Sequence record: MT764208.1
Direction: 5' to 3' (one strand)
From: Escherichia phage JEP8
Length of the DNA: 64,000 nucleotides
Under the pieces are notes generated by a model. It made no database searches, was not told the origin of the DNA, and worked only from the letters and a program-made list of their open reading frames with translations. This document shows, piece by piece, positions 51,126 to 61,290 of this stretch (its first letter is position 1; each line of letters begins with the position of its first letter). Position numbers and translations under genes: made by a program.

Positions 51126-51869
51126 TCATTCTCCGTCAGTTCGTTTCAGGTATTCCAACGCTGCATATAGTCTTTGCGGATCGTCTTTGAACATTCCTAA
51201 TCCGGCGTTACATTTTCCACAAAGAACACCTCTTATCTTACCAGTCTTATGATTATGGTCAAGATGTTTCCACTTTTGGCGTTTTCTCTCGCCGCATCGT
51301 TCATTTATGAATTTTACACCGCATATCTCGCAATTGTCAACTCTGTCTAAAATTTCTAACGCTTCTCGTTTTGTTATTTTTATACCATCTTCGGCGTGGT
51401 GATATGGTCTATCTAGTTCTCGTTCTCGTTTCTCAAACAATCGACACTCATCAGAACAATACTTTTGAGATGCGTTTATTGCAACAAATGGTTTACCACA
51501 TTTAGCGCATTCTCGTTCAATCTTTATGTTTTGTGCCTGATCCAACGATGCGCAACGAGAACAGCAAAATTTATGATAGCCTCTAGAGTATGTATGATAA
51601 TTTACAGGATTTGGGCATCTTGCACATTTAACTATTCCTGTTATTCCGTGGCGCAATCTATAAACAGCCTCGTTATATGGTTGTTGATTTCTGAGACCTC
51701 CATTACAGAACTTAAACTCATTCCTTATAATCTGAAATTCCGCAGGATACAATTTTTCCATTTCTGGAATTTTATTTTCTTTAAAAAGATTTGAGTTTAG
51801 TCTATTTCCGCTTTTCGCCTCCAGAACATCAACAATAAACTTTTTGATGTTCACTTTTTCTCTCTCCAA
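51126..51869 (-). CDS. endonuclease VII-family (HNH-like) protein, likely free-standing homing endonuclease
   Basis: multiple C-x2-C zinc ribbons and C-terminal HLDHNHKTGKIRGVLCGKCNAGLGMF. Confidence 0.6.
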   Translation of the reverse strand: MEREKVNIKKFIVDVLEAKSGNRLNSNLFKENKIPEMEKLYPAEFQIIRNEFKFCNGGLRNQQPYNEAVYRLRHGITGIVKCARCPNPVNYHTYSRGYHKFCCSRCASLDQAQNIKIERECAKCGKPFVAINASQKYCSDECRLFEKRERELDRPYHHAEDGIKITKREALEILDRVDNCEICGVKFINERCGERKRQKWKHLDHNHKTGKIRGVLCGKCNAGLGMFKDDPQRLYAALEYLKRTDGE

Positions 51870-51957
51870 TACATAACATAACCATAACTTACTGCAACCG
51901 CCACAAAGACGGCTGCAACAATCATATTAAAAATTGAGTGATTGTCAAGTATATGAT

Positions 51958-52131
51958 TCATGACACGCGCACATTTTTATCGTAATACCCGCCATTAATC
52001 CCGCGCGGGGCAGTTAATCCCTGTTTGCATTCTTTACCACATTCAGGGCATTCTGCCTTTTCACGCTCGGAAATTTTGCGGATTTTCTGAAATTGACCGT
52101 GTTCTTCACAAGAATAATCATATAATGGCAT
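51958..52131 (-). CDS. zinc-ribbon protein (FmdB-like), 57 aa
   Basis: trimmed to MPLYDYSCEEHG...CPECG; two C-x2-C pairs. Confidence 0.4.
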   Translation of the reverse strand: MPLYDYSCEEHGQFQKIRKISEREKAECPECGKECKQGLTAPRGINGGYYDKNVRVS

Positions 52132-52132
52132 A

Positions 52133-52801
52133 TTATCCCCTTTGTTTCTTAACTGAATTTGGATCTGGATTTTCTGGCAAGTCTTCCAGACCCATAGCAT
52201 AACGTTGTGCATAGATTAGCATAAGAATATCGCGAGCGCAATCATGAATCGCATCATGGGCGATAAACCCATCTAGCGTACCCATTGGTAACGGACACTC
52301 ACACATCCCGCGATGCATCAATGTACGCTCAATGGCGGTACGAACATCTCGGATGTTCCAGAATCGCACAGGTTCAAGATTGAACGTCTCTCGTGTATTG
52401 TGTGCACGGCGGATCATATCAACTAGTAACGGAATATCAAACGCATTACCGCGTGACCACATTACTGATTTAACCGGATCTACTCCTACGGATTCACAGA
52501 ATGCGTTAAAACGCGCTAAACCTTCTTTAGTTGATACTTCCGTACCATTTGTGATTAATTGCTTTCTCATGCCTTCTGAGGCGGTATTCTTCCACCATTC
52601 AACCACACCATGATCAAACACTCTTACACCTTTCTGGGAAGGAATATCAAATTTTACCAGAAAGGAATTGTCAACCAGTTCTTTAAATGTAGGTGGGTTG
52701 TGCGGATCTTCTTTAAATCCGATTGCCGCCATATTGATAACCGCCCCATCAGGCGGATAACCTAAACTTTCAAAGTCAATCATTAAATCCACTGGAAGCA
52801 T
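52133..52801 (-). CDS. dexA: exonuclease A (DnaQ-like 3'-5' exonuclease)
   Basis: trimmed to ATG 52801 after GGAGGA; DnaQ Exo I motif LMIDFESLG; T4 dexA position upstream of dda. Confidence 0.75.
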   Translation of the reverse strand: MLPVDLMIDFESLGYPPDGAVINMAAIGFKEDPHNPPTFKELVDNSFLVKFDIPSQKGVRVFDHGVVEWWKNTASEGMRKQLITNGTEVSTKEGLARFNAFCESVGVDPVKSVMWSRGNAFDIPLLVDMIRRAHNTRETFNLEPVRFWNIRDVRTAIERTLMHRGMCECPLPMGTLDGFIAHDAIHDCARDILMLIYAQRYAMGLEDLPENPDPNSVKKQRG

Positions 52802-52802
52802 T

Positions 52803-53045
52803 TTAAATATCCTCCGCGATATGCCGGAACAACTCCAGATCGTTTTTATCCAGAATGAAACCGCTACAATCAATAATCCCGTTACCGTAATTATCGGTTA
52901 ACAGTCGTTCCGTTGCCATGTATGCGCGTACTTTGTTGTTAAAATTCATTACATGTTGTGCATAGTCACAATGAATCTTTTGACGGTTCCAAGCGACAAT
53001 TGATTGTAGATGTATTACATTAGCCACATTATTAATAACAACCAT
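52803..53045 (-). CDS. hypothetical protein (80 aa)
   Basis: ORF between dda and dexA. Confidence 0.45.
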   Translation of the reverse strand: MVVINNVANVIHLQSIVAWNRQKIHCDYAQHVMNFNNKVRAYMATERLLTDNYGNGIIDCSGFILDKNDLELFRHIAEDI

Positions 53046-53224
53046 ATCAAAAACCTCGCTTAGTGAAATATTCGATCATTTTATTGATACATTCAGCTTC
53101 ACTGTCGCCGGACACGTTCCATCCATAATAACCCCAACAAAAACACATGGTAACAGTTCCATTGTGACGGCGTACCGTCACTTCGTCAAATTCGGGGATA
53201 TTTCGCATAATCATAATAGTTTCC

Positions 53225-54616
53225 TCAAATATAGTCTACCCGATAACGTGCACGGGTAACACCCACATATAATAACTGCATTGCCAGTTCAAAGTCAACA
53301 TTATCTGTACACATGCAAGGAGTATACAGGAACACGCGGTCTACGCTGATCCCTTGTGACTTATGAATAGTGCAAGCTGGTAATGCTTTTACATTCAGGA
53401 ACATACGTTTCATCGTCCAGAAAGAATCCCAATCTGGTTTAAAGTTTGGATTCTCTTTCTTCATTTCGCGATATTGTCCGGCGACCGTATTCAGGTAGAT
53501 AGAGAAAATGTTCTTCTGTCGTTGTTCTGTCAGAATATTGATTTCTACTAAATCCGGTTTGTCGGTAGTGATTCCGACTGCATCTAAACCAACTTTCTGA
53601 TTCAGGATCTCTTTGACTTCGTCATTATCTACGCTTTCCACTTTAAGAGTATACCCTAAAACTGGTTGCGGATCTACCCCCGTGCAACGTAATGTAAATT
53701 CGCGCGGTATAACCTCTTTAACTCGGATCATCTCACCGTTGTTAAAAATCACATTAGGAATCTTCTTCCCGCGTTCATCTCGCAGATATTCGATCAACGG
53801 TTCCTGAGTAACCAGAATTTCATCTACAATGACCGGATCTTCTGTATTGTAAATGCGCTTACGCACAATTTCATTGAGTTTTTCGACACTCTTATTAGTG
53901 TAAGCCAGAATACGGTTTTCTAACAGGTCTTCCGGCGTTTTAACTGCTTCAAAATAACGAGTCATAAACTCCGGCAGAGTTGAGCTATGGAATACACCCT
54001 CGTTACCGCACTGCTTTTCGAATACCCATTTACCGTTACGGACAGCGGTCGCCACATCAATTATTGGTGCATTAGATCGTTTAATCTCTGTAAGTTCTAC
54101 ATTATGAAACCTTTCATCGGTGAAGAAAGGAGAGATCGACGTTGCACCGCTCGGATCAACTGGTCGTAACTGGTACAGATCACCCACGGCAATAATAACA
54201 ATTCGACCGTTGATACTCTTCATGAGAATATCAAATAGTTTCTTATCGACCATACTCGCTTCATCAACAATGATGATCTGAACATCATCTAGCTTAGGAG
54301 TATCTTTTTGCTCAAATACTTGAGTATCTTCATAGTTGGTCGGGTTTAGTCGCAGTAGTGCATGTAAAGTAAATGCTTGACGACCTACCGCTTTACTCAA
54401 AACTTTTTTAGCCTGGTGGGTAGGCGTTGCCAAAACCACACCAGTTACACCACGGCGGACCATTTCCTGAACAATGAATTTCATCATTGCGGTTTTACCA
54501 GTACCCGCCGCACCACGGACAGTTGTATGCTTCTTTTGTTCAATGCGTTTCATTAGAACATCAAAAGCATGTTTTTGCCCGTCTGTTAACATATCGAAAG
54601 TTAATACTCTGCTCAT
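53225..54616 (-). CDS. dda: Dda DNA helicase (SF1B)
   Basis: LT.GQK.AF...MK.I..KKH.T..G.AGTGKT, APTH.AKK.LSK, RSNAPIIDVAT.VRNGKW, LYVGVTR match T4 Dda. Confidence 0.92.
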   Translation of the reverse strand: MSRVLTFDMLTDGQKHAFDVLMKRIEQKKHTTVRGAAGTGKTAMMKFIVQEMVRRGVTGVVLATPTHQAKKVLSKAVGRQAFTLHALLRLNPTNYEDTQVFEQKDTPKLDDVQIIIVDEASMVDKKLFDILMKSINGRIVIIAVGDLYQLRPVDPSGATSISPFFTDERFHNVELTEIKRSNAPIIDVATAVRNGKWVFEKQCGNEGVFHSSTLPEFMTRYFEAVKTPEDLLENRILAYTNKSVEKLNEIVRKRIYNTEDPVIVDEILVTQEPLIEYLRDERGKKIPNVIFNNGEMIRVKEVIPREFTLRCTGVDPQPVLGYTLKVESVDNDEVKEILNQKVGLDAVGITTDKPDLVEINILTEQRQKNIFSIYLNTVAGQYREMKKENPNFKPDWDSFWTMKRMFLNVKALPACTIHKSQGISVDRVFLYTPCMCTDNVDFELAMQLLYVGVTRARYRVDYI

Positions 54617-54930
54617 TATCCTAAAATCCTCACCTTGCGAACACAGATAGTATTGAGTTCTCGCCGTACCCGTTCTTTTTCATATTCAGGAATTTTATAT
54701 TCGATACCATCCCGAACAATTTCAGAAGACCGGATTATGCCAAATTTTCGTTTAGGTACAACCTTGTATTTCGGTTCACCCGCCAATAGACTCTCACAAT
54801 AATCTATCTGATCACACATTGACGCTAACGCAGCATCATGTGTTTCGCAAGTTAGGACGCGACCCTTCGCGTCCACTGAGTATTGAAAGAATCCGTCTTT
54901 ATCACGATAACATACAGCAAATACATGCAT
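54616..54930 (-). CDS. hypothetical protein (104 aa)
   Basis: ORF upstream of dda, coupled start/stop. Confidence 0.45.
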   Translation of the reverse strand: MHVFAVCYRDKDGFFQYSVDAKGRVLTCETHDAALASMCDQIDYCESLLAGEPKYKVVPKRKFGIIRSSEIVRDGIEYKIPEYEKERVRRELNTICVRKVRILG

Positions 54931-55685
54931 TATAAACCTACCTTCGCTTTCATCAATTCAATCCACGACGCATCAATCGGAAGCCCGTATTTCACGCGTT
55001 CTTTTTGTGCTGGCGTTAAGTTCTCATACTTAGAAAGAGATTCAATCAAAACGCTGGTATATTTTAGCACGATTTCGGTATTGTTTGCAATAGCCTTAAG
55101 TTTTTCTTCTTTCTTGTTGATTTCGCTAAGGGCTTGCTTGAGATCTGCAATTTTCTGATAACGTTCTTCCATACGGAAGAGAGTATTTTTAATCGCTCGC
55201 TCGGCTGCCTCTGCTTTCTCCGGTTCGTTGTGCTTTTTATGGCGCTCGATTGCTAATTTCTTTTCTTCGATTGCCATTTCCTGATTTTTGATGCGATTCT
55301 CGTTAAGTTCGATCCACTCGATGTACTTCGCACGTAGGGCAATTTCATCATCAGAAAGTTTACCGTTAGTTCCTAGTTCCTGGATCTCTTTAAGAGATTC
55401 GATAGTGTGATTGCCACGGAAAGAATTGTATTTCAGTTTAACCGGAATTACATTGCCATCAACATATCCCAGATTGCAATCAATGCGCTCTAAGGAGAGT
55501 CCATCATCACCTTCACCGAAAGCCTCACCGGAATAGGCGCAATGAGTCTGACGGTAAATGTTACGCACAGTGACTAAGCTCATAGAGAAGTCTTTGTTGC
55601 GACGTGAAGCACCAGCCATGATAGAGTTCAGCCGGAAAACAACCAGCGCCAATTCTTCGTTAGATTTAAAAGCAAACAGTTTCAT
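54930..55685 (-). CDS. hypothetical coiled-coil protein (251 aa)
   Basis: ORF with promoter 55715-55743 and conserved RBS. Confidence 0.5.
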   Translation of the reverse strand: MKLFAFKSNEELALVVFRLNSIMAGASRRNKDFSMSLVTVRNIYRQTHCAYSGEAFGEGDDGLSLERIDCNLGYVDGNVIPVKLKYNSFRGNHTIESLKEIQELGTNGKLSDDEIALRAKYIEWIELNENRIKNQEMAIEEKKLAIERHKKHNEPEKAEAAERAIKNTLFRMEERYQKIADLKQALSEINKKEEKLKAIANNTEIVLKYTSVLIESLSKYENLTPAQKERVKYGLPIDASWIELMKAKVGL

Positions 55686-55714
55686 AATTGATTCTCCTTA
55701 GTTGGTATGTGTGT

Positions 55715-55743
55715 ATTATTGTCTATCTGGTTTGTGCTGTCAA
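55715..55743 (-). promoter_or_regulatory. early promoter TTGACA-N17-AATAAT
   Basis: drives 54930..55685. Confidence 0.5.
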
Positions 55744-55746
55744 CAC

Positions 55747-56250
55747 TTAAATTAAAGAAAATTTGTAAATCTCTATCAGATCGCCATTACACGCGTAAAC
55801 TTCCTCGATCTCATCAAGGATCATGGTCGTCCCTGTCTTGTATATGCACTCGCGCTCATCTGCCAACATAGCATACAAAGACAGTCGAGTAGTCGGATTG
55901 TCATACTCTTTAGACACCACTCGGTCAATAGCATGTTCGTAATAATTCATGCAAGGCTTGGTAGGTTTTATTGCAATAATCTTTCCTGTTGCATAAACAT
56001 CGGTTGCAAAGTCCTCTGCTGTTGATTGCAGTGGCGTAAAGCTCATAGGACGCTCTACAACGAAAGAATCGCCTACAATTAAGGTATCCAGCTTACGGCC
56101 TTCTCTTTTGCTCACACCGCGATACAAGGCTTCATGATGCACTAACCGCTCAGTCTTTTCAATCAATCCATTAAGGATCGACATATCGATATTTTCTTTA
56201 GAGTTCATCACCTCATCAATGATGTTAAGTTCTTCTGGTGTAAATTGCAT
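55747..56250 (-). CDS. hypothetical protein; possible ADP-ribosyltransferase fold
   Basis: ordered R (LYRGV) ... S-x-T (PMSFT/STAE) ... E-x-E (DERE) residues; sits in the region where I recall T4 modA/modB mapping; weak. Confidence 0.35.
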   Translation of the reverse strand: MQFTPEELNIIDEVMNSKENIDMSILNGLIEKTERLVHHEALYRGVSKREGRKLDTLIVGDSFVVERPMSFTPLQSTAEDFATDVYATGKIIAIKPTKPCMNYYEHAIDRVVSKEYDNPTTRLSLYAMLADERECIYKTGTTMILDEIEEVYACNGDLIEIYKFSLI

Positions 56251-56253
56251 AAT

Positions 56254-56283
56254 AAAAAAGCCTCCAATCTTTCGACGGGAGGC
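56254..56283 (-). terminator. hairpin plus U-run between gp56 and the ART-like gene; 3' arm contains GGAGG
   Basis: GCCTCC-N11-GGGAGGC followed by T6ATT then ATG; overlaps promoter 56284-56312. Confidence 0.45.
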
Positions 56284-56312
56284 ATAATAAAACCATGATA
56301 GAGTAGTGTCAA
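56284..56312 (-). promoter_or_regulatory. early promoter TTGACA-N17-TATTAT
   Basis: drives 55747..56250. Confidence 0.5.
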
Positions 56313-56319
56313 CTAATTT

Positions 56320-56844
56320 TTAGTAGCCGCGTTCTTGACGGGCGAAGTTTTCAGCATTTTTCAGATAGTACAGAATAAAGAGTTCTTGAGCGTCAATACC
56401 CAGCGGGATCATCTTTGACAGAATGAAGTGGATCGCGTCCACAAATTCAAATTTCACTTCAAGCTGATCTTCTGGTGACAGTTCAGAGAATTTACGCGCT
56501 CGCGCTTCCCCGTGGTTCTTTTTCCACATTTTCCAGATTGCACTTGCATCTTTACCATTGGACATTCCACCCAGCGATGTGTAAAGCTCTCGTGTTTCGT
56601 CTGCGATAGCGTCATCCATCCGTTGCATCCAATCCAGCATTTCACCGCAAGTCTCTAGCTTAGTTGGATTTGGGACCCAATCAAATTTTTCGGATAATGC
56701 AACCTGTAAACCAGTTTGCATTTCGAGCATCACCTGAAACGGATCTTTACCTTCTGCAATCGCGTGATGATATGCGGCGATAGCCGCGTCAATATTTTTT
56801 TCGTTAACCAGACCAGCACAAGAATTAAATTCTGACATATTCAC
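56320..56844 (-). CDS. 56: dCTP pyrophosphatase (T4 gp56 homolog)
   Basis: C-terminal YYLKN.ENFARQ.RGY and internal blocks match T4 gp56 as recalled; adjacent to gene 61. Confidence 0.8.
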   Translation of the reverse strand: MNMSEFNSCAGLVNEKNIDAAIAAYHHAIAEGKDPFQVMLEMQTGLQVALSEKFDWVPNPTKLETCGEMLDWMQRMDDAIADETRELYTSLGGMSNGKDASAIWKMWKKNHGEARARKFSELSPEDQLEVKFEFVDAIHFILSKMIPLGIDAQELFILYYLKNAENFARQERGY

Positions 56845-56852
56845 CTCATTAA

Positions 56853-57881
56853 TTAAAATTTACAATATTTCATAAACCGCATTTTAGCCATCAGACCTTG
56901 TACGGTGTTCTCTTTGATATATTCCATGATCTGGTCGCGTGTAGCGCCCTCGTCCTGAATCATGGCGTTAACGTCTTTAGAATGCCACGGACAACGATCC
57001 CACAAAACAATCTTTTCCCCTGCATTGATAAACTTTTCCAGTCGGTGCATTGTATCGGCAGACCGTGGTTCCGCATCAAGTACAAACACTCGCTGGTCTG
57101 GGAAAGGGATTTCATCTAATCCCAAAGTACCGCCAGTAATTGCACACCCGTTATCAATAAACAATGAATCGATCGGACCTTCTAAGAAATACACTGGTTT
57201 ACTCGGATCGGCGCGTTCAAGACCATAGACCTTACTCGCTAACTCATGAGTTTTAATCGTCATATATTTGGTCTTTCCGTAATCCTTTCTCAATGCTCGC
57301 CCCTGAATGGATTCTATCTTGTTCTCGCGGTTAAAGATAGGAATCACTAAACGCGGTTCCGGTTGTGGATTCTTGAAAGTATCAGCCTTAATGTGATTTG
57401 CTACCTTTTGCCATTCTCTCGTGAAATACAGAAGATCCCATTTATCGTGAGGAATACAGCGATCACTGACATACTTTATTATAGGATGATTAGCCGGAAG
57501 AGTATCTAACCTCTCGCAGAAAGGCAATGTTTGCACTTTCTTAATCTCCGGCTTTTCTACCTTTTTCAGTGGCTTGAACGTGGTGTTCTTGTGGTCGCCT
57601 TGTTCCTTCCGTCGTTCCATAAGCCATTCCCTGAATAGGTCCGGCTTATACTGTTTGAGAAATTCACCCAACGGCTGATTGTAGTTACAGTTGAAACATC
57701 CGGCTCGCAAACTATCCTTATAGGTATAGATACGGAATCGCGCTTGAGTATGATTTTTCTTTGAGTCACCGCAGATCGGACAACTACAGACCAGCGTAAA
57801 TGAGCTAGTATGCAACCGTTTAAAATTTCGTTCGCCGTATATGGCTTTTTCCGCTATTTCATAATCTGCGTAGTAAATCAT
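56853..57881 (-). CDS. 61: DNA primase (T4 gp61 homolog)
   Basis: 342 aa as in T4; N-terminal zinc ribbon (CSCPICGD...CFNC) and TOPRIM region. Confidence 0.88.
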   Translation of the reverse strand: MIYYADYEIAEKAIYGERNFKRLHTSSFTLVCSCPICGDSKKNHTQARFRIYTYKDSLRAGCFNCNYNQPLGEFLKQYKPDLFREWLMERRKEQGDHKNTTFKPLKKVEKPEIKKVQTLPFCERLDTLPANHPIIKYVSDRCIPHDKWDLLYFTREWQKVANHIKADTFKNPQPEPRLVIPIFNRENKIESIQGRALRKDYGKTKYMTIKTHELASKVYGLERADPSKPVYFLEGPIDSLFIDNGCAITGGTLGLDEIPFPDQRVFVLDAEPRSADTMHRLEKFINAGEKIVLWDRCPWHSKDVNAMIQDEGATRDQIMEYIKENTVQGLMAKMRFMKYCKF

Positions 57882-57890
57882 ATTAACCTC

Positions 57891-58094
57891 TTATAGCTCA
57901 AATTTCATGAAAGTTCCCACACTTTCATTTTCATTCTCTCCGTTTTCATCTAAGCCAAATTTGTAGACACTACCATCTGGCGATGTGTAAGAGAATACAC
58001 GAAAACGGCCTACCGAATCAAGTTCTGCAAATTCATATTCTTTTCCGGCTTCAAAAAGTGCATATGTGCTTTTAAGACATTTCATCGTAATCAT
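57891..58094 (-). CDS. hypothetical protein (67 aa)
   Basis: ORF; two further coupled micro-ORFs (a 2-TM peptide and a ~58-aa peptide) lie at 58094-58406. Confidence 0.4.
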   Translation of the reverse strand: MITMKCLKSTYALFEAGKEYEFAELDSVGRFRVFSYTSPDGSVYKFGLDENGENENESVGTFMKFEL

Positions 58095-58414
58095 TTAAGC
58101 GCCACCGACAACAGAATGAGAACTACACCAACATACATTGTGATCTCGGATAACTTTTCTGTTTTTGTTTTGTGTCCAGATAATCCGAAAACAACAACAC
58201 CGACAATAGCGGACAGCAAGCCAACGATAAACATGATGATACTAAGCACCGTCTTTCTCCTTTTTGCGTTTTTCTTTACCCGCTACACTAGGTCCACGAT
58301 TGGTAATAGATCCGCTCGTTTCACCTGCTGCGATCTTCTCAGGATTGCCGCCAGCATCGCCAGCGGTCATATCTTCTTTGAGTTTATTTTCTTCAACAAA
58401 CTGTTTAAATCCAA

Positions 58415-58792
58415 TCATAGAATAATCTCTTTCAGTAAGTCAACAATCTGGTCTTTCGTCAGTTTATCCTGATTCTCTACAATCTTGATAACACAAGCAT
58501 TAACATCTTTTCGAGTCACGCGGGAGATCGTTTTAATACGATGAAACGGTTCGTAGAAATATACTGCTTCATTATAGAGCGCAGCAATTTTTCGACGCAT
58601 TTGATCTTTATCTGACAAGAAAACAAGTGCTGTTTTATGACCTTCTACACCCGCCACGTTATATAGTTCAGCAACACCCCAGCGACCTTCCGGTTCAATC
58701 ATTCCGGCGTGTTTACCGTCGATAAAAATAAGAATATCTCCGTTGAATGCGGTTTTGAATGCTACATCTTCCGGCGTAATCATATTTTTCAT
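58415..58792 (-). CDS. hypothetical protein (125 aa)
   Basis: ORF between genes 41 and 61. Confidence 0.45.
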   Translation of the reverse strand: MKNMITPEDVAFKTAFNGDILIFIDGKHAGMIEPEGRWGVAELYNVAGVEGHKTALVFLSDKDQMRRKIAALYNEAVYFYEPFHRIKTISRVTRKDVNACVIKIVENQDKLTKDQIVDLLKEIIL

Positions 58793-58822
58793 AATATAGT
58801 CTCCTTAGAGTTTCATTATAGA

Positions 58823-59458
58823 TCAAGCGAATGTAGAAAGCAAATGTTTTGTTTCTTTCAGTTGTCGTTCAAGATCTTTGCGTTTCTCTTTAAGTTGCAT
58901 TTTAGCATTATTTCGCTGTTTTTCAACATCTTTATCAATGCTCTTATTCCAGTTATCAATATCAGAATAAGTTGGCATACCCAATTCTAGACCTAATGCG
59001 GTTGGATACAGGGTAACAGTCCATAAACCGCTAATCTTCTTAAATAGGTCTGGGTGTAGTGTACTATCTACATCTTCCGGTGTCAACTCTTTTTCTTCTT
59101 TCAGTGGTGGGATCTCGTCATATGGTTCCAGCGCATTTACTTTAATATCAGATACCTCATCAAAGAATCCGCGTACATCCGCAGGAAATACACAAGCAAT
59201 TTCCCAACCGTGATCACGCAGAGAAGTAATATTTTTCACTCCCCCACCATGTGTGATGATTGATGTGACATTGCCATCGAGGTCCACCGAATTTACGAGA
59301 AATGGCTTATCGTCTGTCAGATCATTATAAAACTGTGCTTCGGCTGTAGTCATCTCCAGAAACAGATCTCGGATCGGACGACCATCAGGTGCGTTACCTT
59401 CCTTGAGAGTATAAAAGCGACTTACGATCCATTTTGGCGGTAAAGCATTAGCGGTCAT
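58823..59458 (-). CDS. hypothetical protein (211 aa)
   Basis: ORF immediately downstream of gene 41. Confidence 0.5.
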   Translation of the reverse strand: MTANALPPKWIVSRFYTLKEGNAPDGRPIRDLFLEMTTAEAQFYNDLTDDKPFLVNSVDLDGNVTSIITHGGGVKNITSLRDHGWEIACVFPADVRGFFDEVSDIKVNALEPYDEIPPLKEEKELTPEDVDSTLHPDLFKKISGLWTVTLYPTALGLELGMPTYSDIDNWNKSIDKDVEKQRNNAKMQLKEKRKDLERQLKETKHLLSTFA

Positions 59459-59508
59459 GTTATATCTCCTATCAAATCATTCACCAGCGCCCCGCAGGGC
59501 GCATTTTA

Positions 59509-60921
59509 TTAGAAAGTCATGGTATTTGCTAGCTCGTCGAGTTTTTCGCGTTTCTCGGCTTGCTGTGCGCTTTGTGGTTTAACTTGTGCATTCTCCTGAT
59601 CTGCGATCTGGTTTGGTACTTCATACCAACGCTGATTGCCTTTCTTCACACCAACGTTAAACCGTGAATAATAGTTCTTATCACCGTAACGAGACTTGAT
59701 CTGCTTCATGAGTTGGACGCCCATTTTAGCCAGGTCTTCGGTTTCGATAACACCCAACATAAAGTCGGCAGTAGCCGGAAGACCTGCTGATTCAGCGGTA
59801 TCACTCATGTTAAGGTCGGAAGCATCCCAACCCGCGCGGGTAGTCTGTGCCGCAGTCCAACCAACAACATCCCACTTAACAAAAAATCCTCGCAGTTCTT
59901 CCGCAATCGCCTTAACTAGTGTGTAACTATTTTCAGAGTATACACGCAAGCGAGACGATGCGCAAATCCCCAGATAGTCAACAATCACAACATCAGGTTT
60001 AAACTGTTTCTTGAGTCGCAATTCATTCATTAACGCCTCAAAGTGATTGGAGTTCGCGCCACCAGTCGGATACTGCTTGATCATCAATTTTCCAACCGGA
60101 CGATCTCCGATCTTCTTATTCTTAACACGCTTCATGCGTGCGGAATATTCCGCAAAAGAAACATTACCATTATCCAATTCATCTAATGTAATGTCAAGCA
60201 AGTTTGCGTCGATACGTTTTGCTACTACATGCTCTGCCATCTCCATTGAGATATACAATACATCATAACCACATTCCATATAATCCGCAGCAAGAGAACA
60301 CAAGCCAAGCGATTTACCAACGTTTACACCAGCAAGCAACACATTTAGCGTTTTTCTTTCCGCCCCTCCTTTCGTGATTTTATTCAACATCGGCAGCTTA
60401 AACGGGATCTTATTCGCCTTAGTCTGATATAGCAAGAATCGTTTTTCAAAGTCATTAAACCAGTCATGACCTACATCAGAATCAAACGTAATGGATAGTG
60501 CTTCCTGCATGATCTCAGGAATAGCACCCTCACTCGGCAATTTCTTATTCTGTTTCTCTTTTGGTAGTTGTGCGTTCGCCTGAATCTCTAGCGCCCGTGA
60601 CATTGCATTATACATGGCACGGTCACGAATAAATTTTTCGGTTTCCTTCATTAACCAATCAAGGTCTTCCGGTGTATTCTCAAGCGAATCAAGAAGAGTT
60701 TTAGCCCCTTCATATGTTGTCTGATTGCCTCTCTCCTTGTCTAAAGCAATCTGTAATGCAGTTGGCGTAGGAATATTGGAATATTCGTCTACGTGCTTTT
60801 TAATCAGCTTATAAATCAGTTTTTCTTCGTCTTCGGTGAAGTAGTCCGCTTTAAGGTGAGGCCATACATTCGTAAAGAATGCGCCATTGTAAATCAACTG
60901 TGAAAAGATAGTTTTAATCAT
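59509..60921 (-). CDS. 41: replicative DNA helicase (T4 gp41 homolog, DnaB-like)
   Basis: 470 aa; Walker A GVNVGKS and RecA-like core; between 61 and uvsX as in T4. Confidence 0.9.
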   Translation of the reverse strand: MIKTIFSQLIYNGAFFTNVWPHLKADYFTEDEEKLIYKLIKKHVDEYSNIPTPTALQIALDKERGNQTTYEGAKTLLDSLENTPEDLDWLMKETEKFIRDRAMYNAMSRALEIQANAQLPKEKQNKKLPSEGAIPEIMQEALSITFDSDVGHDWFNDFEKRFLLYQTKANKIPFKLPMLNKITKGGAERKTLNVLLAGVNVGKSLGLCSLAADYMECGYDVLYISMEMAEHVVAKRIDANLLDITLDELDNGNVSFAEYSARMKRVKNKKIGDRPVGKLMIKQYPTGGANSNHFEALMNELRLKKQFKPDVVIVDYLGICASSRLRVYSENSYTLVKAIAEELRGFFVKWDVVGWTAAQTTRAGWDASDLNMSDTAESAGLPATADFMLGVIETEDLAKMGVQLMKQIKSRYGDKNYYSRFNVGVKKGNQRWYEVPNQIADQENAQVKPQSAQQAEKREKLDELANTMTF

Positions 60922-60923
60922 AC

Positions 60924-61235
60924 TTATCCCCCAACTACACGCATAACAAAGGTCTTAAGTTTATACCAGAAAGTTTCCTTTTTCAACTTTTCTTCTGCTT
61001 CTTTGATCTGCGCGGTTAACGCCTTAATGATGTGAGGATATACCACATCACGATCTGACGGCGTGGAGTAGTCGACCACAATACCTTTAGTGTCTGGATC
61101 GTATTCAACATTATGAATATAGACAATATGATGTTCTCCCTCTTCATCAACAATTATCAGTTCCTGAATAACTGTCTTCATTGCTTCTTGAATCAAGCCG
61201 TGTGCTTCTTCTAAACTTGTTGGTTTCTTATCCAT
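60924..61235 (-). CDS. hypothetical protein in gene 40 position (possible gp40 homolog)
   Basis: 103 aa with hydrophobic C-terminus; positional inference only. Confidence 0.4.
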   Translation of the reverse strand: MDKKPTSLEEAHGLIQEAMKTVIQELIIVDEEGEHHIVYIHNVEYDPDTKGIVVDYSTPSDRDVVYPHIIKALTAQIKEAEEKLKKETFWYKLKTFVMRVVGG

Positions 61236-61261
61236 AATATAATCCTCTCAGTAAAAATCTC

Positions 61262-61290
61262 ATTTTACTACTTTAATTATTCTATGTCAA
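61262..61290 (-). promoter_or_regulatory. promoter TTGACA-N17-TAAAAT upstream of gene 40 position ORF
   Basis: consensus -35, 17-bp spacing. Confidence 0.5.
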
